Source: Chrysomallon squamiferum
Taxonomy: Eukaryota > Animalia > Mollusca
Direction of reading: 5' to 3'
Assembly: GCA_012295275.1 (NCBI GenBank)
Contig: CM022665.1
Coordinates: 620,001 to 684,000 of the forward strand
Length of the DNA stretch: 64,000 bases
Shown: in pieces, positions 1 to 13,303 of the stretch
Layout of the letters: the number at the start of each line of letters is the position of its first letter
Numbering within the stretch: the stretch's first letter is position 1
Notes under the pieces: model-generated
The model's input: only the letters and a program-made list of their open reading frames with translations
Told to the model about the DNA's origin: nothing
Databases searched by the model: none
Translations under genes and position numbers: made by a program

Positions 1-34
1 TTTAAATAATGGTAAAACAAATAAATACTAATAC

Positions 35-36
<2 letters not shown>

Positions 37-95
<59 letters not shown>
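37..95. repeat. (TAA)n microsatellite
   Basis: Direct reading. Explains the poly-N ORF 9-254. Confidence 0.95.
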
Positions 96-96
<1 letters not shown>

Positions 97-613
97 GCAA
101 AAGTATGTTATTGTTTATATTTAATTTAAGTGAAATAGTATCTTGTGAATATTTTGTAAGAAAGGCATTTTTGGTAATTATATATAGTTATTTTAATTCG
201 TCGCAAAAAGAGAAAAGCAGCATTATCTCAACAAAGAAGCGCGGATTACTGTAAATTAACATAAGTGTTTGCTGTGACTTATTAGTAATCCCTTGAATAA
301 AGACATAGTACTAATAAAGACATGTGAAAACATACAACATTGCAAGAAGATTGTATATCTTAGTAGCAAAAAGTTTTATTTATTTTTTTATTTTTATTTT
401 ATTTTATTTTATTTTATTTTATATTATTTATTTTTATTTATTTATTTATTTATTTTTTTATTTATCTATTTAATTATTTATTGACAATGACATTCATTTT
501 GACAAATGAATAGACTGATGTATAGTTAGTGACAAGGAAATACAAATTTCCTTTTAGAAAGATTCGCTTCAGTTTGACAGTAAGTTATTTGTTCACACAG
601 CCTGTCTAAGTCA

Positions 614-653
<40 letters not shown>

Positions 654-2055
654 ATGGAGTAAAATAAATCTTTAAAAAAAAAGGAAAGAAAGAGTATTAC
701 GGTTAAGCCAATACAAAAAATTAAGTCTGTAGTTTTTGTAATATTTTCGCTAATTCGCTTTGGTTTAATTTTTATTTATTATTATTTTTTTTTTTTTTCA
801 AGGAAATAAAAATAATAATAAATACGAAAAGTTTTCGTTAATCTAATTTTAAGTTCATTTGTAATATTTTGTTCAGTGCTTGGTGCGAGGGACTCGATAA
901 TACGTCTGGAATAATAATCGAACAAAACCCACAAATCGTATCACCTGGTCGATGCTGTGAAAAGAAAAAAAAAAGCATTTCATCGTTAAGATCCATTATG
1001 TAGACAGTGAGCAAACAACACTCTAACCAAATATTACGCCAAGGATTTGTTCAGAAACCTATCGGATTTCAATCTCATTTTAAAACTGACAGGCATTTAT
1101 CGTTTTAAGTCTAACACTAGCTGTGGTTACCAGAGTGGGAGGGCCCAAGCAAAAAGAGCACAACAAAGATGGTGTTACAAGGGTTAATTGAAACAAAACT
1201 TTAAAAAGCTCCCTTTTTCGGCCTGCCTATTCTCATATTGAAAAAGTGAGGAGTAGTGCAGCTGCAAAACCTCTATGTTATTGCTTTGCCTAAATTTAAA
1301 ATAAAGGTCTAGGGTTACAGAAATATTTTATCTTTTAAAAAATATAATTTTTATAAGATACATAGTTAAATATTACTGATACTGATATAATGTGCGCCTG
1401 CTTACATATAAGCAATCGCCCCCAGCGCAAATGTGAAGAAATAATCAGAGGAAAAGATAAGAAAGAAAAATTACTGACAGTGGAAACTGTCACTCTCAGC
1501 TGAAACCATGGCAACTATGTTTGTCTTTTGTTTATTTTTTAATTCTTTTTATATATATATATATATCGTTCACGTACAGATTCAGTATAGCACAGCCTTC
1601 ATATCAGATTTGTGCTAGTTTTATTTATATTTATATATTATTCATTTCTTCACCAGGTATACAGAAGAAAATGACTCGAGTTACAGCATGCAACAGTTCT
1701 TGGAACGGAAGAGATGTGTTCTGCAGATTTATAGCGAAAATGTTGGATGTTCATCATATCAGGTATGTTTTCAGAATTAAATCTTTAAAAGTAGTATGAA
1801 TAATGAACTTACTTCTCTTTTATTATTATTATTTATTAATTAATTATTTACTTTAATTTAATTAATTTTTTATTTTATTTATTTATTTATTTTATTTTTA
1901 TTTTTATTTTTTATTTTTTTGGAGGAGGAGGATGAATGACTTAAAATTCTTTTTGTAAACTCTGTGTTGAAATATTTTTTGTATAATAAAATTACAGATA
2001 ATGATTTTTTCAAAATGTCGCAAAACGTTCAATAAAGACAATACATTAATAACAA

Positions 2056-2114
2056 CAATAATAATAATAACAACTGCAACCACCACCACCACCACAACAA
2101 CAACAACAATACTG

Positions 2115-2187
<73 letters not shown>
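2056..2187. repeat. Compound (AAT)/(ACC)/(AAC)/(ATA)n microsatellite
   Basis: Direct reading. Confidence 0.95.
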
Positions 2188-2188
<1 letters not shown>

Positions 2189-3541
2189 TTTCTATACAGA
2201 AAGTACAGCTATACGTCTGAGTAAGTTTTAATCTATAAAAAAAAAAAAAAAAAAAAAAAAAATCTTTCACTTTGTCCATCTGTCCTAAAGTGACCTGGAG
2301 ATACCTGACACCTTATCTGAGAAAATTCACTACAATTATCATTTCCTTGCTTTGACTTTAAAAACCACATAGAGTCAGAAGATCACATGTTTGATAGATA
2401 GTCGTCTTTTGACATGTCCGGCAGTGGCTGGACAACAATAATGAGAGAGGAGGTATAGCAACAGAAATTAGCTTCCTGGAAACTCATACGCTTATTCTTT
2501 TGTCAACGAATGATTTTGTTGACAGTTTCCGGTACAGCTGAAGAGGCTGGGTAAATTTTAGTGATCACCGTTCAAAACTCGTTAATAATACTAAGAACTA
2601 TCATGTCAAACGTTTCAGAAGATATTTATCTATTTATTTATTTACTTATTTATTTATTTTTTAATTTTTTGATTTGTTTGTGTTTTCTTTGTTTATTTGA
2701 ACATAGTAAAGATATTTACAATTAATTTTGAATTTTTTTTTATTTATTTATTTCATATTCTTTTTTCTTTTTTTTTCTTTTTATGTTTGACATAATTTCC
2801 TTTTTTTTCAGCATTCAGATTGATTAATATTTCTACAAAGTATCTTCTCAAGTATGATGTCATTAGTGACGATTAAAATGCCATTTATATAATTTTTTTT
2901 ACGTCAGTTATTTGCTGGCTTTCCACTCCACCGCTGTTTGCAGAGTCAATCAGGGTGACCGATGACTGGTCTTCCGTTGTAAGAACAATAGCGGAGCATT
3001 CAGCATCACGTCCAGTCTAGCCCAGTCCATGCTAGTGAATTTACACACCTAATTTGAACACCTCAGTGAGTACTTGGCATTTATGGACAGGGCAAAAGCA
3101 ACAGACTTGGAGACGTGTTCAGTTCACTTACTTCTGTTTGTCCTAGGTGATGCCTTTTGCTTCAAACACGGCCAACTTTCAATTGTCCTATTCACGGATA
3201 ATTGGTTGTATTTTTTAATAGCATTGCGTCGTGGTTATCAATGGCAGTTATTCCCCCATGCATGCGTCTTGCTTTATAATATATACAAAAAATACCCCAA
3301 AAAAAAAATCACAGTTAATATGCTTGATAAATTAATATTTTCTAAACTACTTTAAGCTCTGTAAGCCATGTTTTTAAATCGCAGAATTTTTAACAAGAAT
3401 TTATATATATAATTTAAAATAGCTAATTATATTAAAACAATGGATTTTAACAACAAGAATGATGACGCGAATGAATAATTTGTTTGCCTTATTTTACTAT
3501 TAGTTACCAGAATGGAAAATAACTGTATAATTCCACCGTTT

Positions 3542-3660
3542 ATACATACATACATAGATACATAGATACATACATGCATACATACATACATACATACATC
3601 TATACATCAGTATAACTATATATCTATATCTATCTATTTATCTATCCGTCTGTTTGTCTG

Positions 3661-3693
<33 letters not shown>

Positions 3694-3705
3694 AGATATA
3701 GATAT
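3542..3705. repeat. (ATAC)n and (CTAT)n tetranucleotide repeats
   Basis: Direct reading. Confidence 0.9.
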
Positions 3706-5442
3706 AAATATAGATATTTAATATTTTCGACAATAAATCTGTAGTTCTATGGTTAAAACACAATAGATATTTGTTCATATTTAGGTAACTGACAAGTCAA
3801 AAGACGGTTTCGTGAATTCAGTTTGTCAGTTTAACTATTTTCTGTGCTGTTTTCTTAATAAGAAACCCGCTGTCGTGTCATGATCCGGAGTAAATATTTC
3901 TAAGCATCTGTTTTGTGTCGTCAGTTTTGTGTGAGAAAATACATCCCGAAAGAAACGTGCGGAACAACAGTTCAATAAGAAAATTAAAAACATGGATTAA
4001 TCCATGTCGGCTTGCTTTGATCTTGTTATGCCAATTTCCGCAAACCATCATCCGATTAAGGTGGCTCTACACTAAGATTGCCTTATTTCAGGGATGAGAG
4101 AACATCAAGAAGAAATATTTGCTCTTTAAGTTACTTCACGATTTCTTCCTTTTCATAGAAAATATCTCTATCATTTCCCTTTGAATGGTTTCTAGCTGCA
4201 TTTAAATGTTTTTCGTTTTCGTGTTTTTCAAAGAGATAGTAATCTAGGCGTTCGTGCAATTGTGACTTAGCGCCCGATTTCGCTCTTCCTCTTAAAAGGA
4301 ATTAAAAAGTCACATCTCTAATCGGAGTACGGTTTTGAGTTAACGAGATTTTATTGAAAGACTGTTGACGAAAACATGCGGCTTTTATGAAACTTTCTAT
4401 GCATTTTCAATAGGCTCCAATACCAAACACAAGAGAATAAAACAATTTTTTATTCTGCATCGGTAAGCTGACAAATTTCCGTACAAATAACATAACAATA
4501 TACTATGTTTACTCCATTCATGCTCTAAAAGCAATGTTTAGAAGAAACAGTGATAGAAACATACTCTATTGATTATTAAATATTTTAAAAATAAATTAAA
4601 TGAATTATAACACATTCATCTTTTAACATATAAACAAGAGTAACTTTCCAAGATGATATTTCTAATTTCAGCAAACTGTTTTGGACTAAAATAATTATTT
4701 TCAAAAGAATACATTTTTTTGTTTGTATAAATTATCAACTTTTCTATAAGTGCTGTATGAAAGAAGAGGAAAATTAACTGGAAGTTCGTTGAGTTATAAT
4801 AATTTTATTTCGTTTTTAGTTTATTGAACTTCGCTGACACCATATTGCATAGTGTGCATTTTGTTACTCTTTTGAAGTTCACGGCTTACAAAATCGCAAA
4901 ATCATCAATAACTTGGCAGTGCACAATTTAAATCTCGACGAACCATATTTAAATACCATAACAGTTCTCTCAATGACCTATCGGAAGATCGTTAAAGAAA
5001 TTTTATTTCTGTAAGGATCCTTATTTTCCACAAAAGACGTTGTGAACCAGCGTGGTGTCCGACGAGCTTAAAAGCGGAGTCGGCGACGACATAGAGTCAA
5101 CTTCTTCAACGAAGACAGCGGCCCACAGGCAGCTTCAGTGGGTTCAGTCTCTTCACTTCTTTTCTTAGGTAATAAAATTAATTGTCAGTACTATGACAGT
5201 GACGAAATAAAACAATCGTTATGAATTTAACATCAATAGAAACGGATTACGCTGAGGATTTCTTTAAATAACAGAAAGGCATACACTAACATTTTAAACT
5301 TTTTACCATCACGATTACACCATAAACTCGTAAAACTGTGCTAGCCATCGCTCCAGTAAACACAAATAAAATAAAAATAATAAAAATTAATTTTTCGTAA
5401 AACAATAAAATTAAAAGATAAAATTTATATATAAAATGTATA

Positions 5443-5473
<31 letters not shown>

Positions 5474-5971
5474 TTATGATTTTATATATGTATATAAAAT
5501 TAGACATAAAAGAAGAAAGAAGGAAAACACTTCTTTTTCACTTCTTTGATCATACGAATTTGAAGAAATTAAATAAATTAAATATATATATATATATCTT
5601 ATTTTACTAAAACCAAAAAAACTGTTTTATATGTTCGTGCTCTTTTTGAATATTTTTCATTTATAATTTTTCTTTTTCATAACTGTTCTTGATCTTTTTG
5701 AAAACAAATTTATAACAACAATAAAATTAAATTAAATAAGTAAATAAATGAATTCATAACAGCATTAATATATTTAAAAATAAATAAATTAAAAAATAAA
5801 TAAAATAATATTTTTGTTAGGTGTGCCAATGAATAATAATAATAAATAATAATAATAAATAATAATAAAGAAATTGAAAAAATCAAAAAAAAAAAGAAGA
5901 AGAAAAGAACAACAACAACAAACAAATGCACACAAAACCCAACAAAAACAAAACAAAACAAAAAATACATC

Positions 5972-5973
<2 letters not shown>

Positions 5974-6023
<50 letters not shown>
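5974..6023. repeat. (TTA)n microsatellite
   Basis: Direct reading. Confidence 0.95.
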
Positions 6024-6026
<3 letters not shown>

Positions 6027-6231
6027 TAGGTTGTTGCTATTGTTGTTTTCATTATGGATACTGATCATAAATTCAATTAATAGTTTTAAATGGTACTTTC
6101 ATGCTGTACTTGTCCTCTGTATACTAAATATAAAAACTATAGGAGACAGACAGACAGACATAGATAGCGAGGTAGGTTGGTGTATATGTATGTATGTTGT
6201 TACGAAGGTAAACAATTTAAATAATGTGATC

Positions 6232-6307
6232 GTGTGTGTACGCGTGTGTATGTGTGTACGTGTGTGTACGTGTGTGTGTGTACGTGTGTGTGTGTGTACG
6301 TGTGTGT

Positions 6308-6386
<79 letters not shown>

Positions 6387-6410
6387 TGTGTGTACGTGTG
6401 TGTGTGTGTA
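6232..6410. repeat. (GT)n microsatellite with recurring GTAC interruptions
   Basis: Direct reading. Explains the CV/HT ORFs. Confidence 0.95.
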
Positions 6411-7140
6411 CAGCAACAGTCTGGCCTGTTTACAATTTCTTTACATTTGTTGAAAAAAAAAAAAATGATTTCAGGTTTTAAACGGAATACCTAATATTCC
6501 TACAAAGTTAAAGGATTCAAACTGTGACTGTTTCTATGCGACGAATTTCTGTTAACAGATTCGATGCTTAATTGTAGACAGCTTAAATTTCAATACATTT
6601 TTAATTAGTGGAGTATTGTGTCAGAGTAATAAACAGTCTCCCTGTTTTAGTCTCTCTATAATTTCCTATCTACCTTTAATACTAACCTGGAGGAAATTTA
6701 AATATTTTATGACGGGTTTCAGTGTACAGTAAATAGCTGGCTAATCATATTGTTTAGACAAAATAGTTGTGTGTTAGCTGTATACAAATTATTTACAACA
6801 TCTATGACATTAGGTTTATTATTATATGTGAAGACTTTTTCACATTTAGCTTATCAGCTTGTTTCTCCCTTTTTATAGGACCCCCTACAGTACTGTGTGA
6901 GATTTCAAACAATATTATTTATAATTAATATTGTAATTGGACATGATCCATTCCCTCAAATACACCTTTTTAACAGTCCTGTAACTGTCTGACGGTAGAA
7001 CAGTCGTTTTAGAAGAAAAGACCATTAAATATTTAGATGGAATAAAATTACAACAAGAAACAAACATCAGTAACATGAAACACACACACTTAGAACAACA
7101 AAATATAAAATATATACAATTAAAAAGAGAACAATAGTAG

Positions 7141-7143
<3 letters not shown>

Positions 7144-7233
<90 letters not shown>
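7144..7233. repeat. (GA)n microsatellite
   Basis: Direct reading. Confidence 0.95.
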
Positions 7234-7237
<4 letters not shown>

Positions 7238-9247
7238 AAAAACTGGGTGTAAATGGCAATACATTTTATAATTTTACGAAATAATTATAATAAAAAAAGA
7301 AAAGAATGTCTTGAATTCACTTATAAAAACATTACACAAAGAAATATAAAATGAAAGAATTTTTTTTTTTTTTAACCTAATGATCAAAAGCAGTAAGGGG
7401 TAGCATGATATTACGAAATCAAAATAAATTTCACAAAAGAAGTCTCAAAAAATAAATGTAAACTTAACTTTTCAAACAGACTGTAAAACCCAACTTATTA
7501 AAGTTGAATTAAAATTTTAAAAAGCTACAATTTAAGCATCACATTACGTTCTGGTGTCGGCAAATGTATCCCCTGGGGACTGGGAAGATAAGCGGCCATT
7601 AGTGCTAATGTAGTGACACTGAATAACTTAGTAGACACCCGATAACCTCGAATAAAACTTACACGTACTGGATGAACGGTTGAATGACTGTAACCCGCTG
7701 TTTTCTCTCCTCTTACTTCACACTGCTCGGGCACCTACAGTGAACAGTTTCATTCCTCGCCACACTCTGAGATAATGCTTAGAACGTGTTACTGAAATAG
7801 GTGTCACCCTTTAATATCTAAACATTCATTATCATATTTTAAAAAGTTAAAAAAAAGAAAAAAAGAAATAAAAAAAGATAATTATTTTTTAATAATAATT
7901 TAGGTTTAGAGACTGTGTAGGAAACAGTATGCACATCCTTTTTAAATTCAAGTTATCTCATTCGGTCTCCATTTAAGCATGTTTATTGTAATCAAAATGT
8001 TTGGTTTCAGTTTTCTGTTGCAAGAACATCCCATCAGTATGGCAATATATATATATGTATATATTTTCTGAGATGCAGCGTTTTGTTATTGTCGTTGTTA
8101 TTTTGTTTTTCATTTGTTGATTTAATTTGTTTGCCGCTTTTAGTTGCAGCTTCACTAACATAAAATTCTGCCTTATGACTTCTCATATTTTTTTTATTAT
8201 TCCATTGATTATAATTTCACGTACAATTTCACACTCTTACAACATTTCGATATGAAAAATATTTTCTTAGTTTTAAGTGATACAACAAAATTAGTTTAGC
8301 TTTGAACGTACAATCATTCACTGACGCCAAACATTTGTTGTGCCGCCCTGCCTGATCAAATAAAAGTGTCATGTAATCAGCATGCGATGCATGCGCCCTT
8401 CTTCCACTCCATTGCCCATAAAATTGGTTCTTCCCATTAAAGGTGCAACGTTGCCTAACTGGCACACTTCTAAATGCAGTTAAAGGCAAAACATTAGGCA
8501 AGGATAATGACAGTTTGATGAGAACTGTGAGAACGGAAATGGAGAGACCAGGGCTTTATGGCGGCAGCGGAGCGGTCTGGCCGATTACCTTCGCCAAGAA
8601 AGCAATTGCAGTGGACCACCGACAAAAGACACTTGTCATCTCCAATCATAAATCAAAGTTTATAGGGCACTTTTTGCTTCGACACACAATAAAACGCATC
8701 ACTTGGCCAGCTATTACTTTTTTCTTTCTATAGTCTAAGCCAAAGACTCATGATCAATGATGGTTTCTCGTTAATGAATCCCGCCTTGCCATAGAAGCTA
8801 CCCAGTCTAGAACGACAAGGATTTTCCTTCATGATGATTTCGTGGTAAACAGTAAACACTACAGCAAAGTGGGCAATGCAATCTTGAGTCACCCAGTCGC
8901 AGAATTATTGTTAAATAATCGATATTTATGAATCTATCGAAGAAACGTTAATTGGTTTCAGTGAAAAGATAACATCAATTTCAGTTGGCGATTGTTTCCC
9001 CACTGCCATTACCAGCATTTCTTGAGGTCTAAGATCATTGATAAACGTGTCTGTCCCAGAAGCCTTGCTTCATTATCGTATAACGTGTTGCTTCTTAGTA
9101 CAGTATTGTACAAAGCAAAGTTTGCAAAATATTATTTCTTTCTTAGTGCTCTGTTTCGCAAGTATTATTTTGATTTTTAACTTTAGTACAGTATTTTTGT
9201 AAACAAAATTTGCTAATATCAGTTAAAACTTTTCCTTTACTAAATCT

Positions 9248-9252
<5 letters not shown>

Positions 9253-9339
<87 letters not shown>
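9253..9339. repeat. (AG)n microsatellite
   Basis: Direct reading. Confidence 0.95.
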
Positions 9340-9342
<3 letters not shown>

Positions 9343-9909
9343 TTGAATACATTATGATAATGTCAAATTAAAGATTATTATTGATTTTATAAAGCTACCT
9401 TCGTTTAACATTTCATCGGACTGTGCTGTTATCAAAAGCACTAAACCACTTTTAAAATAAATGTATTTATATATTAATATAGCCATAGCATTTATTACAT
9501 AGGTGATTGCAGTTGCTCGGGATATCCGTAGGTCGTTCTTTGAATCTGACGAAGCTGTTAGTTCATTTGAGACATTTCAGTTTCATTTATTTTGCACCAG
9601 TAATCAGTATTAGATCAAAGACGCGAGATGTTTTGTTTAACCGAGATTTCGCAAATATGCTAATCAAGTGCTCAGTTTTTGTCATGCGATGTGCAACAGG
9701 AGATCACGGTTTCTCTGTGTGTTTGTTTTTAGATGCTTGTACATAAAAAGGTATTACAGTTATCTGGCTCATTTATTGTTCTTTTAGTTTGACACAGAAC
9801 GCGGAAAAACACCGCATATAAAACTATGGGAGATAAGTTTTAAAGTGAATGTGTTTTCAAGTATAACTGTTAATTTATGACTTTTTGTGAAATAAGAAAG
9901 TAAATTTTG

Positions 9910-10092
9910 GGTGTGCATGTTTGTCTGTATGTATGTATTTGTGTGTACATGTGAATGTATATGTGTATGTGCATGTGCATGTGTATATATGTATGTGTGT
10001 GTATGTGTGTGTCTGTATATATATATGTTTTTATGTGTGTCTGCATGTGTACATATACATGTATGTATATGTGTGTGTCTGTATGCGGATGT
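9910..10092. repeat. Degenerate (TG/TATG)n repeat
   Basis: Direct reading. Confidence 0.85.
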
Positions 10093-11697
10093 ATTAAAAA
10101 TTCAAATATGAGATCTATTTGTGAACGTAGTATACATGTGCTTTGATTTCTTTTTATCAAATATTTAAAACTGTTTTGTTATTATCAGTTATCTTATTAT
10201 TTTATAATTTACTGAGCTTTTGTATTATCAGCTTTCACACAGTTCTGTCAACATTACAATTAAATGATTCTCGGATTAATGTATTGATCGGACTTTGTTA
10301 GTGCCATGAAGTTCAACAACTCGTATTCAGTACGCAGAAACTGCGGATGATCTAAAATTTCAATTTCTCAGTATTCACCTTCGTACGAAAGTTCAATACC
10401 AATCCGTTAAACAATACTCTTTCATATGGCACATTAAAATATCATGTGACTACTCGATTAATAAATAGTTTAAATTTACCCTGAGGTAAAATATTCACCA
10501 CTAACTTCTATTTTCCACCGTTTCAGTCTCTGACGTCTCGTTTTGGCAACAAATTGTATAGCGCTTTAGACAATTTCACAGTAGTGGAAGCATAAGCCAC
10601 GAAGTGCCCTCTTTGACAACTAAATTCGATACTGAGGCTCAAGGGAACAATCAATCATTGGCTGTTACTGTTTTTGACACATCACGTGATGGCATATCCC
10701 ATCATTATTTCTCACGAGGGTACTTATTATTGCGAGTTTTGTTCCTGCCCGTTGCTGCCGATAGAATTTCTCTCAGATCTCCGTTCCATGCTCTCTTCGT
10801 CCATATGTCATACGGAAAAGACCCCCTTAAAATAAATAACTCTCGCTGGATAATTTCTGCAGTCAATTTTCGCTATTGCCCACAATTTATGGAGATGTGG
10901 TGTGCAGAGTTGCGTATAACTCAAGTGAAACAATGTAATGTGTATGCGCAGCGTTGGACTAGCGACTGCTATCAGTAACAACAGTCCATCGCAATTAGCT
11001 AAGATACAGTTTCTACAAAATTCGATTATTAGCCCGCTGTCGTTGTTCCACACATGCCTCGTTTGGTGAAAATGCCTGCTATTATCCTTATCTCGCGAGA
11101 AAGGGGAAAAATGCTAAAAATATGCTTCATCTCTTCATGGCAACATAGTGATTACTGCGACCTCTGACAACAAACAGATACCACAATTGCTTCGCACAAA
11201 ACGTTTCACGAATTTCTTAACCGCATATCTAAACATCCTAAAAAAAAAAAAAAAAAAGTTTTGTTCGCAAATTCATTACGACACATTTTCCAGAGTATAT
11301 ATGTACCAGAATTAACAAATATACATATTATTTATCGAGAGATCATCACACTTTAAGTCTTTGAGGAATTTTAAAATTTGTCTTGTTGGATTAATTATTA
11401 TTATTTTTTTGTTTGTTTGTTTGTTTGTTTTTTTTGTTGTTTTTTAATTTAAAAAAATAAAATTATTATTTTGATTTACTGAATTTTGTTCGGGTGGCTG
11501 GGTGGCTGTCTTTAATCTTTATCATTTCTTTTTTTCTTCAGGAGGTTCACTTTATATGAACTATAATGTTCAGATACCTGCAAGTGGTCAATATGTATTT
11601 GCATCAAATTTCTAGTTTGCAATTCTTTTACAAATGTTTTCCAATCACAGTTCAACGAATTTTGATTGCTAAACGTATTTCTTACCACTTTTGCTTG

Positions 11698-11733
<36 letters not shown>

Positions 11734-13240
11734 CTATTACCTAACTAATAAACGTATGATTTTTTTTTTTTTTAAAACCTTTAATAAATATGTGTGTGTA
11801 TGAGTAGACAGAGAGAGATGACGAATTCGAACAAATAACTATAAACTGTAGAAAATATTTCATAGGTAAGAAAAGTAAATAAATATCTAAACTAATAAAT
11901 TAATATTCAGTATGAAATTTAGACCAAAAAAAAACTTGGCTGCTTTCAGTCCTTTTTGCCCTGATAAAATCGACAGGTTTTATTATTTCGTCAAATGCCA
12001 TGTAAGTTCTATATAACAAAACTGAAATAAAGTGTTTACAAAGTAAAGAAATTTAAATTACAAATATATCCAACGAATATGGACAACGAAAACGAGTGTG
12101 TACAAAGAAAGATAATTAATTACGTTTCAGTGTGTTTGTATCACAGAAGTAAATATTTTAATAGTTTAACCTTACAGACATCATTATTTATTATTCATGT
12201 ATTAATCATTACTTTTTTTTAAATTTGTAACATACTGAATGACTGATGAAATGCACTTAATTATAAATTGTTTATACGTAAACTCTTCATTGTAAATTAC
12301 CGTAAGTTGTACCAATATAACCCTATTTGCACATTATACAGATTACTGTCTCTCATTTGTTGCTGATTACGTATTAATTTCTTTTAAAAACTACGAGAAT
12401 AATCAAAATTAAAGAAATGCATTTAATTACGAATTATCTATATGTAATCCACATAAATTATTAATTAAAAAAAAAAAATTGTCTAATTTTGAAATCACAA
12501 ATTATTATTATTATTATTGTTGTTGTTGTTGTTGTGGTTAGTTTGAATGCTCAACGAAACTGTTTTTAATTGTTATAGAAACTGAAAGAGGAAAACGATG
12601 GTAAGCATATATTTACACACAGACAGATACAAAACCACAAGACAGTCCTGTTTGGCATTTTAAAAAGTTTTTAAAATCATATTTTAATTCATTTTTTCTT
12701 CTTTTTTTTTTTTCATTTTATTTTTATTATTTATTAATTTTTTAAAAATAGAAAATCACCCTTAATATCCGTCTAGACAGGTATTAAATTACATTTTAAT
12801 ATATATAAAATAATTTTTATTACACGACTGAAGTGTGGGAAAAAATCGCATCCTCACTCATTTGTTTGCAGTTCCTGATGAGAGCATTTGTCACACTTCA
12901 CCAGATAAAATAAAAATAATATTATAAAAAAGCGCAAAAAATGCATTCATGAATTATATATTAAGAATAGCCGGTACGTTAACATTTCTTGCCAAACGCA
13001 TTTATACTGGAATGAATATCTACGTCGGAAAAAATATATATTTATCAACAATTTTACAGTTAAAGTTATTAACGACATCTAATAAGAAAAAACTGTTAAA
13101 TTTAACTTTCTCAGACTGTTTAGCCAGATATCTGCCTAATTTCTTACTGTCCACTGTGGATAAAATTAAACTTAGTAGTTCAGAATTTGAGTCAGTCTGT
13201 TTGTATATATTTTACATTGTCATAGAAAAATAAGTTGCGG

Positions 13241-13242
<2 letters not shown>

Positions 13243-13302
<60 letters not shown>
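13243..13302. repeat. (TTA)n microsatellite
   Basis: Direct reading. Confidence 0.95.
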
Positions 13303-13303
<1 letters not shown>

